Positions 53,015 through 62,482 of a stretch of 64,000 bases of DNA are shown here, piece after piece; within the stretch, counting starts at the first letter, position 1, and each line of letters starts with the position of its first letter. The position numbers and the translations under genes are program-made. The notes under the pieces are model-generated. The model saw nothing but the letters and a program-made list of their open reading frames with translations, did not search any database and was not told the DNA's origin. The stretch lies in NCBI GenBank assembly GCA_963924875.1, contig CAWUSX010000022.1:124129-188128 (forward strand), written 5' to 3'. The DNA is from an uncultured Gammaproteobacteria bacterium (GTDB taxonomy: Bacteria > Pseudomonadota > Gammaproteobacteria > SZUA-229).

Positions 53015-54408
53015 TATATATTCTCATCTAATAGGTGAGTTTGCGTATGCACAATCATACTTTCCTGTATAGGGTTTGTTTTGACCAGCGTTCCAGCATT
53101 AATAAAGCCGGCCTGCTGCAGGTTTTTTTCAAATATGGGTAAAAATTCACGAATGACATTGCTGGTGCTTTCGCTCTCGCTGAGAAATATGGTCGATACC
53201 TGGTGATCTTTTAAATGAATATTGGATTGAATCTTACCTAATGACTTCAGCTTAAAGTTTAAGATGACTCGCCAGCTTTCAGTTTCAGTATCGGTTTGTT
53301 GATTTTCCTGCTCGATGCGAAAGCCAATATCAGATGAATGCTCTTTATCTTTAAAAACTAAATTGAACAGCAGTAAAGTAAGTGTATCGACTTCGCGGCT
53401 TAATGGTTGCAGCTGGAAGCTGGTTATCTGGCTGAGAGAGCGATCTACCTGCTGAGATAGGTCGAGTAGCAATAATTTTGTATGCAGTAAATTTGATAGT
53501 TCATTAATGTTTTTTTGTGAATTTGTAGCTTGTTGCAGTGTATGTATGAGCATGTCTGCCAGTGTTTGTGCCTGAGATGTAACCGGAAAGTTGGTGCTGC
53601 TGCCATTTAATAAAAAAACAATTTGTTGCAAAAGTGGCTTGGGTAAATTTGAAATAAGTTGGTTAGCCAGAGTGTTCAGAGTATTAGAACTACTCTGCAG
53701 CATGTGTTGAATGAATTCTTTAATTTGAGGTGTGAGCTTTATATTTTCTGTCTGAAAAGGTGTTGTAGGTAATATATTATTCGATAGTAATGACCTGGTT
53801 TGCAGCAGGGCATGTTTGAAATCGCTGGATATGGCATTGTTTAAGTTTGAGTTAAGTGTTGCCGCCATTTTCAACTTTGACTCCAGGAATATCCCGCTAT
53901 TTTCAATTAGCTGCTTGAGTTGATTGGTTTGCAGAAGATCTGCATTTACCTGCAGGCTACTTTGCAGTGTTGTGAGCTGGTTTATCAGCTCTTTTGGCAG
54001 CAGGTTGGTGACCTGTTTATTCGCAAGTAAATTTTGAGCGGTTTGCTGGGTGTTACTAAATGAGGCCTGAATGGCAATAAACTGGCGTAGTTTAATATTC
54101 GCCAGTTGGGTTTTGTCCAGCGGCAAGCTTTCAGTTGGTGGCAATATACTGAGTAGGGGCAATTTTGTCAGGCTATTATCGTTTACCACTTTAACCAGCA
54201 GCTTAATATCTTGCCCAGTTTCAAGCTTAATGGGGGTTTTAGCTTCTAAGGTATGCTCGCCCAGGCGAATAAGTACTTTTGATAAAGCGTCTCCACCCTG
54301 CTGTGTGGTGGCATTTAATATCTGTCCTACCTTCCACGTTTTGCTGACATCGCTAATTACCTCAGGTTGTATAGCTGTAGTGGATTTTGTTGGTGGAATA
54401 TTAATCAT
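53014..54408 (-). CDS. FliK-like flagellar hook-length control protein
   Basis: 464 aa rich in Q/N/S/T/L. The C-terminal segment RIEQ...WRVILNFKLKSLGKIQSNIHLKDHQVSTIFLSES...IREFLPIFEKNLQQAGF matches the FliK C-terminal (Flg_hook) domain pattern. Confidence 0.6.
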   Translation of the reverse strand: MINIPPTKSTTAIQPEVISDVSKTWKVGQILNATTQQGGDALSKVLIRLGEHTLEAKTPIKLETGQDIKLLVKVVNDNSLTKLPLLSILPPTESLPLDKTQLANIKLRQFIAIQASFSNTQQTAQNLLANKQVTNLLPKELINQLTTLQSSLQVNADLLQTNQLKQLIENSGIFLESKLKMAATLNSNLNNAISSDFKHALLQTRSLLSNNILPTTPFQTENIKLTPQIKEFIQHMLQSSSNTLNTLANQLISNLPKPLLQQIVFLLNGSSTNFPVTSQAQTLADMLIHTLQQATNSQKNINELSNLLHTKLLLLDLSQQVDRSLSQITSFQLQPLSREVDTLTLLLFNLVFKDKEHSSDIGFRIEQENQQTDTETESWRVILNFKLKSLGKIQSNIHLKDHQVSTIFLSESESTSNVIREFLPIFEKNLQQAGFINAGTLVKTNPIQESMIVHTQTHLLDENI

Positions 54409-54704
54409 GGAGCAAGGCCTGGTTAATGACAGTTTTTTGGCGATATGTACACACCTTATCTAGTTTAGCGGCCAAATTCACGATTTTTATAGTCATATGC
54501 TACGGTCATTATTATCTCGATGTTTTTATTGAAGGGCTTTTTAGCATGCAGAGCATGCGTAAAGTAAATTCAATTAATGGTTGTATTATTAAGCTATCTT
54601 ATTGAAAATAAATAGAATAAAACTATGCTTATGGCATGCGCAGAGGATTTTTTCTGGTTATGATAGGTATTTCATGTGTCATTTCATATGAGGTGAAGTC
54701 GAAT

Positions 54705-54720
54705 AGGCATGGTCTTTGCA
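54705..54720 (+). promoter_or_regulatory. candidate sigma-54 (-24/-12) promoter for fliLMNOP
   Basis: AGGCATGGTCTTTGCA, that is GG-N10-GC with TTGCA at -12, about 30 nt upstream of the fliL ATG. Three GCATGC palindromes lie upstream (54544-54558, 54634). Confidence 0.45.
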
Positions 54721-54750
54721 TTTATTGCGTTTAACAACAGGGGAAGCTAA

Positions 54751-55305
54751 ATGGCTGACGAAGAAGAAACAGAGTTGGAAGAAGGTGAAGAAGGGGGAGT
54801 TAAAAAATCCGGTGGAATGATGAAAATCATTTTACTCGTTAATGGCCTGCTTTTAATTATTGGTATAGGTGTCGGCGCTGCGATGTTTTTTATGGGGGGC
54901 GACGAAGAGAAGCCGGTTGCTCAGGCCGATACTGAATTACTAGAAGGTGCTGCAGAAGCTGATGTTGTAAAGAAAAAAACCAAGAAGACGCCACTTTATA
55001 TACCCCTACGTCCAGCATTTGTAGTTAACTTTGAAAATCAGGATCAGGTGAGTTTTTTACAGGTTGATATACAGCTAATGACATATGACGGGTCAGTTGA
55101 GGTGGCTATTAAAACGCATATGCCTGTTGTTAGAAATGAGCTGTTATTGTTGTTAGGCGGGAAGCAATACAATGAAATTAATACACGCGAAGGTAAGCGG
55201 GCGCTTAGCCAGGAAGCAATACAGGTAATACAGGATGTATTAAAAGATGTGGGTGAGCCTCATTCAATTGAAGCCTTGTACTTTACTAGTTTTGTAATGC
55301 AATAG
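54751..55305 (+). CDS. fliL: flagellar basal-body-associated protein FliL
   Basis: Acidic N-terminus, single TM helix and FliL periplasmic domain (PLYIPLRPAFVVNF). Confidence 0.8.
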   Translation: MADEEETELEEGEEGGVKKSGGMMKIILLVNGLLLIIGIGVGAAMFFMGGDEEKPVAQADTELLEGAAEADVVKKKTKKTPLYIPLRPAFVVNFENQDQVSFLQVDIQLMTYDGSVEVAIKTHMPVVRNELLLLLGGKQYNEINTREGKRALSQEAIQVIQDVLKDVGEPHSIEALYFTSFVMQ

Positions 55306-55315
55306 AAGACCAAAT

Positions 55316-56323
55316 ATGGCAACAGCAGATGTATTAAGTCAAGACGAAATCGATGCCCTGTTACACGGGGTAGACGATGGTGATGTCGATACAGATGGCG
55401 ATGAAGAAATAAATGATGGCACGGCCAGATCATTTGATTTTAACTCACAGGAAAGAATCGTTCGTGGGCGTTTGCCTACACTGGAAATGATTAATGAACG
55501 ATTCGCACGTAATTTTCGTGTGAGCATGTTTAATCTGTTGCGCCGTCAGGCCGAAATATCGGTAGGCGGTGTGCAGATGATGAAATTTGCAGAGTATGTA
55601 CACAGCTTGTATGTGCCGACCAGTTTAAACATGACAAAAATTGATCCGCTTAAAGGCACCGGTCTTTTTGTAATTGATCCAAAGTTAGTTTTTATTGTGG
55701 TAGATAATTTCTTTGGTGGTGAAGGCCGCTTCTATAACAAAATTGAAGGCCGTGAATTTACGCCAACAGAACAGCGTGTTATCAGTATGTTGTTAGAGCA
55801 AATCTTTAAAGATTTGGAAGATGCCTGGAAACCAATTAAAGCATTAAAAATTGAATATCAGTCATCAGAAGTTAATCCTCATCTGGCAAATATTGTTAGC
55901 CCCACAGAAGTTGTAGTGGTAAGTACCTTCCGTGTTGACCTTGAAGGCGGTGGTGGTGACTTACATGTGACAATGCCTTATTCAATGATAGAACCTATAC
56001 GCGATTTATTGGATGCGGGTGTTCAATCAGATATGTCTGAAATAGATGATCGCTGGCGATTATCTTTACGCGATGAAATTTTTGAATCTAAGGTGGAAGT
56101 TAAAAGTTTTCTTGCGGATGTTGAAATCAATCTATCAGAAGTTAACAAGTTAAAAATTGGCGATATCATTCCATTTGATATGCCCGACCAGATTATATTG
56201 GAAGCCGAAGAAATACCTTTGTTTCGTGGGCAAATTGGTGTTTCCAGAGGTAATGCAGCCGTAAAAATTATCGAACGTGTATCGCGTGCTGACTTGAATT
56301 ATATTGATGAAAAAACCGATTAA
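55316..56323 (+). CDS. fliM: flagellar motor switch protein FliM
   Basis: N-terminal CheY-P binding motif LSQDEIDALL, 335 aa. Confidence 0.9.
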   Translation: MATADVLSQDEIDALLHGVDDGDVDTDGDEEINDGTARSFDFNSQERIVRGRLPTLEMINERFARNFRVSMFNLLRRQAEISVGGVQMMKFAEYVHSLYVPTSLNMTKIDPLKGTGLFVIDPKLVFIVVDNFFGGEGRFYNKIEGREFTPTEQRVISMLLEQIFKDLEDAWKPIKALKIEYQSSEVNPHLANIVSPTEVVVVSTFRVDLEGGGGDLHVTMPYSMIEPIRDLLDAGVQSDMSEIDDRWRLSLRDEIFESKVEVKSFLADVEINLSEVNKLKIGDIIPFDMPDQIILEAEEIPLFRGQIGVSRGNAAVKIIERVSRADLNYIDEKTD

Positions 56324-56340
56324 GTATTGAGAATAAAATT

Positions 56341-56724
56341 ATGAGTGATGAAGAAGATCCATGGGCAGAAGCGCTTAGTGAGCAGGCAGAATCTGAAGCA
56401 GCAGATGCAACCGCGGGAGCGGCCAGTTTCGATGAACTTACTGATGAAAGTATTCCGGGTACCGATGTTAATCTGGATGTTGTATTGGATATTCCAGTTA
56501 ACTTATCGATGGAAATCGGGCGTACAAAAATTAGCATTCGAAATTTATTGCAGCTTAATCAGGGCTCGGTTGTTGAGCTTGAGAGGCTGGCGGGCGAGCC
56601 AATGGATGTGTTAGTAAATGGCACACTGATTGCGCGTGGTGAAGTCGTCGTGGTAAATGAAAAATTTGGTATTCGTCTGACAGATATAATTAGTCCGGCA
56701 GAACGTGTTAAAAAACTAAAGTAA
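56341..56724 (+). CDS. fliN: flagellar motor switch protein FliN
   Basis: Acidic N-terminus and C-terminal SpoA domain (VVELERLAGEPMDVLVNGTLIARGEVVVV). Confidence 0.85.
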   Translation: MSDEEDPWAEALSEQAESEAADATAGAASFDELTDESIPGTDVNLDVVLDIPVNLSMEIGRTKISIRNLLQLNQGSVVELERLAGEPMDVLVNGTLIARGEVVVVNEKFGIRLTDIISPAERVKKLK

Positions 56725-56755
56725 TATTTACCTTGTGTAATAAAAATAGAAACAT

Positions 56756-57205
56756 ATGATTAAAACTGTTATCAACTTTTTCTTTTCTTTGTTAGCCGGC
56801 CTGTTGCTTTCACTGCCTGCTATGGCAGTTGAAACAGACGTGGTTAAAAAAACCTCTCTTGATGCTTTTTCAATGATGAATATGCTAAACATGCTAATGG
56901 GTTTGGCTGTTGTTGTTGCATTGATTTTAGGCCTCGCCTGGGTGTTAAAAAAGTATGGCAAGGTCTCAGGCAGCAATGTCGTTGATATGAAAATTTTGGG
57001 TGGTTTGTCACTGGGGACCCGTGAAAAAGCAATTTTAATTGAAGTGGATAATACTCGTTTGCTTGTTGGTGTAACGCCTGGTCATATACAGACATTACAT
57101 GTGCTGGGTGATAATAAAGCAGTGAGCGCATCATTTAATGAAACTCTGAACACGCAAATTAATAAAGCACAACTAGATCAGACAAAAGAGCAAAGTAATG
57201 CTTAG
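56756..57205 (+). CDS. fliO: flagellar biosynthesis protein FliO
   Basis: Signal/TM segment, then [28 protein letters not shown]. Confidence 0.7.
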   Translation: MIKTVINFFFSLLAGLLLSLPAMAVETDVVKKTSLDAFSMMNMLNMLMGLAVVVALILGLAWVLKKYGKVSGSNVVDMKILGGLSLGTREKAILIEVDNTRLLVGVTPGHIQTLHVLGDNKAVSASFNETLNTQINKAQLDQTKEQSNA

Positions 57206-57941
57206 GTTTTTAATGTTACTGCCGGTGCTCTTATTATTTAGCAATGCCGCTTTTGCAGAGGCAGGATTGCCCGCTTTAGTCGTACAGGATATGGCGTCAG
57301 GCGGTAAAGAGTATTCACTATCTATACAAGTGTTAGTGTTTATGACCGTGCTTTCGGTGTTGCCGGCATTATTGCTAACCATGACATCGTTTACGCGTAT
57401 TATTATCGTGTTGTCTATTTTGCGTCAGGCTTTAGGAACGGCACAAACCCCCTCGAATCAAATTTTAATTGGTCTGTCACTTTTCTTAAGTTTTTTCATT
57501 ATGTCACCGGTGTTTACACAGGCATATGAGGAGGCATACCAGCCGTACATTGCAGAAAAAATTGGTGGCGATGAAGCGATTGCGAAATTAACCGCGCCAT
57601 TTCATAAATTTATGGTTGAGCAAACCCGGGAAACCGATGTGCAATTGTTTGCTGGTTTGGCGGGTGATGATGCATATGACGGTCCAGAGTCCGTGCCAAT
57701 GACCGTGCTTATGCCTGCCTTTTTAACCTCAGAGTTAAAGACTGCCTTCCAAATTGGTTTTATGTTGTTTATACCCTTCCTTATTATCGATCTGGTGGTC
57801 GCCAGTGTTTTGATGGCCATGGGTATGATGATGTTGTCTCCGCTGATTATTTCGCTACCTTTTAAGCTTATGTTGTTCGTCCTGGTTGATGGCTGGAGCC
57901 TGGTGGTGGGCACATTAGCTGCAAGCTTTGTTGTTACCTGA
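57198..57941 (+). CDS. fliP: flagellar export apparatus protein FliP
   Basis: Signal peptide and the FliP TM core (...[13 protein letters not shown]...[25 protein letters not shown]). Confidence 0.9.
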   Translation: MLRFLMLLPVLLLFSNAAFAEAGLPALVVQDMASGGKEYSLSIQVLVFMTVLSVLPALLLTMTSFTRIIIVLSILRQALGTAQTPSNQILIGLSLFLSFFIMSPVFTQAYEEAYQPYIAEKIGGDEAIAKLTAPFHKFMVEQTRETDVQLFAGLAGDDAYDGPESVPMTVLMPAFLTSELKTAFQIGFMLFIPFLIIDLVVASVLMAMGMMMLSPLIISLPFKLMLFVLVDGWSLVVGTLAASFVVT

Positions 57942-57979
57942 TAAAATCTACTTTCTAAATAATTACTGTAGGTAGAGCT

Positions 57980-58237
57980 ATGGCTCAGGTACGCATGTAC
58001 AGCACTAGATCGTGTCCATATTGCCAACGCGCTGATCGTTTATTAAAAAAACGCGGTGTTAAAAAGATTGAAAAGATCGATGTAGGCGGGGACAGAAAAC
58101 TGTGGAAGGCAATGGAAAAAGAAACCCAGCGTAACACCGTGCCACAAATATACATTGGTGATGTCCATGTCGGTGGCTTTGATGAACTTGCTGAGTTAGA
58201 TAGAAACGGTAAATTACAGGCACTCTTAAGCCAATAA
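57980..58237 (+). CDS. grxC: glutaredoxin (Grx3-type)
   Basis: CPYC active site, 85 aa. Confidence 0.8.
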   Translation: MAQVRMYSTRSCPYCQRADRLLKKRGVKKIEKIDVGGDRKLWKAMEKETQRNTVPQIYIGDVHVGGFDELAELDRNGKLQALLSQ

Positions 58238-58344
58238 CTCCCTTACATACTATATTATCCATATAAGCCATAGCTAATGGGATATAGACCCCGCAAGCCT
58301 TGATCACTACTATACTCGGTTAACTCCAAACTTGAGGATTCCAC

Positions 58345-59787
58345 GTGGATTTCCTACCTTTATTTTTTGATATGAAGCAAAAGCCCTGCCTGGTTGTCGG
58401 TGGTGGTAAAGTCGCAACGCGTAAAGTTGCCCTGTTATTAAAGGCACAGGCCGTAGTTACGGTTATTGCGCCTAAGCTTGAACTCGAGCTGTCTGAAATG
58501 CTCAGCGATGGCAAGTTCACTCATGTGGCTCGAGAATTTGCGGATGCAGATATTGCAGATGCAGCCGTTCGACCTATGCTGGTGTTTGCGGCAACGGATG
58601 TAAGGGCTGTCAATAAGCGTGTAGCCGAGATGGCGAATGAGCGTGGAATTCCGGTTAATATCGCCGATGATACTGAGAATTGTAGCTTTATTACACCCTC
58701 TATTATTGACCGTTCTCCTGTACAAATTGCCGTCTCAACCGGCGGTGCGTCGCCGGTACTGGCGAGAATGATTCGCACCAAATTAGAAGGTTGTATTCCA
58801 GCAGGCTACGGTCGCCTGGGTGCATTAGTGTCAAATTTCCGTGAAAAAGTTAAGGCCAGGTTTGAAAATGTTGGTCAGCGACGCACCTTTTGGGAAAGCG
58901 TACTCAATAGCACGATTGCAGATCGCGTATTCAGCGGTCATGAAGGTGAGGCCGAGCTGGCATTGCAAAAGGCTATTGATGCGGCTAATCCTAAACCAGA
59001 GTTTCAGGGTGAAGTCTATTTGGTTGGTGCAGGGCCGGGCGATCCTGATTTATTAACTTTCCGTGCACTACGGCTTATGCAAAGCTGTGATGTGATGGTT
59101 TATGACCGATTGGTATCCCAGTCTATCCGCGATATGGTGCGTAGTGACGCAGAGCTAATTTACGTCGGTAAAAAGCGTGATGACCACACTATGCAGCAGG
59201 AAAATATCAATGAGCTGTTGGTACGTTTGGCGAAAGAAGGTAAGCGTGTATTACGTCTTAAAGGTGGGGATCCGTTTATCTTTGGTCGTGGTGGTGAAGA
59301 AATTGAGTTGCTTGCACAGGAAGGTATTCCGTTCCAGGTGGTGCCAGGTATTACCGCTGCTGCAGGCTGCGCGGCTTACTCGGGTATTCCTTTAACCCAT
59401 CGTGATTATTCACAGGCCTGTGTGTTTGTAACCGGGCATCTAAAAGATGGTACGGTTGATTTAAACTGGAAGGCGCTGGCTCAACCTAATCAGACGGTTG
59501 TGTTTTATATGGGTTTACACGGCGCACCTACATTATGTAAAGAAATGATAGCGCATGGCATGCCGCCTTCAACCCCGGTTGCGTTAATCCAGAAAGGTAC
59601 GCGTCCGGATCAAAAAACCATTATTTCTACTTTAGCTACCTTAGAAGAAACAGTGAAAAACCATAAGTTTGAACCACCAACCTTAATTATTGTGGGGGAG
59701 GTTGTTTCATTGAAAGAGAAACTGGATTGGTTTAATCCAGAAGATACTCAGGGTAATGCCGTTAAGGCAGGGCAGTTAAAGTTTTGA
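58345..59787 (+). CDS. cysG: siroheme synthase (precorrin-2 dehydrogenase/sirohydrochlorin ferrochelatase + uroporphyrinogen-III C-methyltransferase)
   Basis: N-terminal Rossmann VVGGGKVA and a C-terminal SUMT domain (GAGPGDPDLLT). Confidence 0.9.
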   Translation: MDFLPLFFDMKQKPCLVVGGGKVATRKVALLLKAQAVVTVIAPKLELELSEMLSDGKFTHVAREFADADIADAAVRPMLVFAATDVRAVNKRVAEMANERGIPVNIADDTENCSFITPSIIDRSPVQIAVSTGGASPVLARMIRTKLEGCIPAGYGRLGALVSNFREKVKARFENVGQRRTFWESVLNSTIADRVFSGHEGEAELALQKAIDAANPKPEFQGEVYLVGAGPGDPDLLTFRALRLMQSCDVMVYDRLVSQSIRDMVRSDAELIYVGKKRDDHTMQQENINELLVRLAKEGKRVLRLKGGDPFIFGRGGEEIELLAQEGIPFQVVPGITAAAGCAAYSGIPLTHRDYSQACVFVTGHLKDGTVDLNWKALAQPNQTVVFYMGLHGAPTLCKEMIAHGMPPSTPVALIQKGTRPDQKTIISTLATLEETVKNHKFEPPTLIIVGEVVSLKEKLDWFNPEDTQGNAVKAGQLKF

Positions 59788-59814
59788 GCTAATAGGCTTA
59801 ATACAGTGGATAAA

Positions 59815-59847
59815 CAAAAAAAGGGGTACTGAAGTAGCCCTTTTTTT
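59815..59847. terminator. bidirectional hairpin terminator between cysG and bcp
   Basis: A7-GGGGTAC(tgaa)GTAGCCC-T7, flanked by A and T runs on both sides. Confidence 0.5.
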
Positions 59848-59871
59848 GTGCCTTGATTTTATTGCCTGCAC

Positions 59872-60336
59872 CTAAAGCGCTTTGATTTTATCCAGTACTA
59901 TTTGAGCATGACCATCCGCTGCTACGCCGTATTCGACATCCGCTAAATTGCCGGATTTATCAATAATAAAAGTAGAGCGCACAATGCCCATTTTTTTCAC
60001 GCCGTTCTTTTCTTTTTCCTGCCATACACCGTAGCTTTCACATAGGCTGCCATCAGTATCGGCCAGCAAATCGATTGTTAAATTGAATTTATCGATGAAG
60101 GCCTGGTGGCTATCACATGGATCTTTGCTTACACCCAAAATAAGCGTATCAAGTTTCGCGAATTCCGCCGCAAGAGCCGTAAACTGGTTGGCTTCTATAG
60201 TGCAGCCTGGGGTGTCATCTTTGGGGTAAAAATACAGTACGATATTTTTTTTGCCGGCAAAGTCGCTGAGTTTTACAGATTCGTTATTTTGATTAGGGCT
60301 ATCAAAGTTCGGGGCCTGATTATTTGCTTGTAGCAT
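59872..60336 (-). CDS. bcp: peroxiredoxin Bcp (AhpC/TSA family, PrxQ-type)
   Basis: FYPKDDTPGCT peroxidatic Cys motif. Confidence 0.8.
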   Translation of the reverse strand: MLQANNQAPNFDSPNQNNESVKLSDFAGKKNIVLYFYPKDDTPGCTIEANQFTALAAEFAKLDTLILGVSKDPCDSHQAFIDKFNLTIDLLADTDGSLCESYGVWQEKEKNGVKKMGIVRSTFIIDKSGNLADVEYGVAADGHAQIVLDKIKAL

Positions 60337-61105
60337 TTTCATCTCCATTAGTGATTGGCTTTATTTTATTGATTCTAATTATAAAAGTAAGTGCTGGATT
60401 AATAGCGATACAAAACGTGGTGGTAACAAAAAAGCTGACATAGGGTTTTGTGAGGTTTAAATGTAGCGTAGTGCACTTTCTGCAAATGATAGTTATTTAA
60501 ATAAGAGAATGTTCGCAGTGAATCAATATAAGTTAATTAGTAAATAATGAAATAGTTAATATAGTTTTCTCGATTGAGTAAGTAAATAAGAGAGTTGCCC
60601 CGCGGAATAGCTCGTGATTGTTTGAGGTAAATCAATTTTTAAATAGTGACATAAATATTATTTGATCAGCTAACCGAAACTTCAATTTCAAAACGTGCTT
60701 ATTCAGCGGAGAAAAGTCTCACAAATGGATGTCGTAAGCACAATAGAATAATTTGCTGGCACAACTAGAAGTTGCCATTTTAAAGCAATATCAATATATA
60801 GAGCATATTGATTGTGGTGTTGCATATAACGCCAGGTAATTGAAATCGTTTCATAACTCTAGTGGAGTTGAAGGAGCGATTAGACAATAAGTCCTTACTA
60901 TATCCAATGCTATTGGCCAATTAATATGGTATATTCGCTTGCGCACTGCAACCAGCTTCTAGCACCTATTATTGCAGGGCCAGATCAAAGAGTAGTGGCA
61001 AATCCGTAGGGCGTGGAGTTTTTATATAGGGCAATAAGTTTTCTATACTCGACGTCTAATAAATTCTAAGTATAATCCTACAACTAAATATTTTAGGAGA
61101 AGCAA

Positions 61106-61957
61106 ATGTTTACGAGTAATCCCTTTGTCGAGCTATCGGCTTTGATACCAGCTGCAGTAATGCAAGGGTATATCATCTTGATGGTGCTGCTGGTGATTGG
61201 CGGTACAGTACTAGACATGATTCATAAGAAGAGTGCGCAGTACTTTTTTGAAAATGCAAAAAAAGCCAAAAAGAGTGCAACGCGAAACGTCGATACCGGC
61301 GAAAAAGCATCGATTGCAATTAAGGTGCTAGCGAAAGAAGTGTTAACTTCTGGTGAGTTCTGCAATGTTAAACGCAGAATTTCCCACCTTTTCACTATGT
61401 ACGGTTTCATTATATTCGTTGCAACTACCGCGATTATGATTTTTGGTTATCTAACACCAGCCACAGCTACACCTGAAATCTTGCCAGTACTTTGGCATAT
61501 TGGTGCATTGATGTTGGCTTTTGGTGGATACTGGTTCTGGTTTGCTATACGAGTAGATGTGTCTGCAGAAGGCTTGTCATGGTATCGCTTTGAACGTGCA
61601 GATCTATTTATTGTTTCGTTGCTGACTACCGCGACATTCGCATTAATCTGGTCTTATACACAGTCGCAAGGCATTGAAGGATGGTCAACACTGTTCCTGG
61701 TTTTGTTCATTGCTTCAAATACTGTACTGTTTGCTGGTGTACTTTGGTCGAAGTTCGCGCATATGTTCTTTAAGCCAGCTGCAGCATTTCAGAAACGCGT
61801 TACTAGAGCAGATGGCTCAAGAGAGAATTTGCCTATTGATTTCGATCTGACTGATCCTGCAGTGCAAGCGAAGTTTCCTGATATCCCTCAATATATGGGT
61901 AAGAACCCAGAATACATGGGTCATGGTATTAAGCGTGAGTCACCAAACCACTACTAA
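61106..61957 (+). CDS. aprM: polytopic membrane protein immediately upstream of aprBA, putative AprM membrane anchor
   Basis: 283 aa with about 5-6 TM helices. Position and orientation directly 5' of aprB, as described for aprMBA loci of sulfur-oxidising bacteria. The assignment rests on context, not a recognisable catalytic motif. Confidence 0.5.
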   Translation: MFTSNPFVELSALIPAAVMQGYIILMVLLVIGGTVLDMIHKKSAQYFFENAKKAKKSATRNVDTGEKASIAIKVLAKEVLTSGEFCNVKRRISHLFTMYGFIIFVATTAIMIFGYLTPATATPEILPVLWHIGALMLAFGGYWFWFAIRVDVSAEGLSWYRFERADLFIVSLLTTATFALIWSYTQSQGIEGWSTLFLVLFIASNTVLFAGVLWSKFAHMFFKPAAAFQKRVTRADGSRENLPIDFDLTDPAVQAKFPDIPQYMGKNPEYMGHGIKRESPNHY

Positions 61958-61999
61958 TATTTATTAAAGAACAATTATTTAAGAAAGAGAGAATATATT

Positions 62000-62482
62000 A
62001 TGCCAACTTTTGTATATATGACTCGTTGTGATGGTTGTGGACAGTGCGTTGATATCTGCCCATCTGACATCATGCACATCGACAAAACTCTTCGTCGTGC
62101 GTACAACATCGAACCGAACATGTGCTGGGAATGTTATTCCTGTGTAAAAGCCTGCCCTCATAACGCAATTGATGTGCGTGGCTATGCCGACTTTGCTCCA
62201 CTGGGCCACTCGGTACGAGTGAACCGTGATGAAGAAAAAGGCACGATTGCGTGGCGCATCAAGTTCCGCAATGGCACAAAAGACATAGAGCTACTTGCTC
62301 CAATCACGACTAAGCCTTGGGGCAAGTTCATTCCTCAACTAGCTGACGAAGCAGCACCTGCTGACGCAATGCGTAACAGTGAGTTGCTATTCAACGAACC
62401 TAAGTATGTTGCTATGAATGACAGTGCATTACCTACGCTGAAATCGAATGGCTTGTCACTTAAAGCAGGAGTGTACTACTAA
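62000..62482 (+). CDS. aprB: adenylylsulfate (APS) reductase beta subunit
   Basis: Two ferredoxin-type Cys clusters (CDGCGQCVDICP and CWECYSCVKACP) and a typical AprB tail. Confidence 0.9.
   Translation: MPTFVYMTRCDGCGQCVDICPSDIMHIDKTLRRAYNIEPNMCWECYSCVKACPHNAIDVRGYADFAPLGHSVRVNRDEEKGTIAWRIKFRNGTKDIELLAPITTKPWGKFIPQLADEAAPADAMRNSELLFNEPKYVAMNDSALPTLKSNGLSLKAGVYY

Noticed and set aside
54071-54463. 130-aa + ORF overlapping the FliK-like gene
   Set aside because: Antisense shadow. It lies fully within a better-supported minus-strand gene with a recognisable FliK C-domain.
60756-60777. TGGCAC...TTGCC sigma-54-like element upstream of aprM
   Set aside because: The GG to GC spacing is 14 nt rather than the required 10, so it is not a sigma-54 promoter. 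Kept only as a possible TGGCA-N12-TGCCA dyad.
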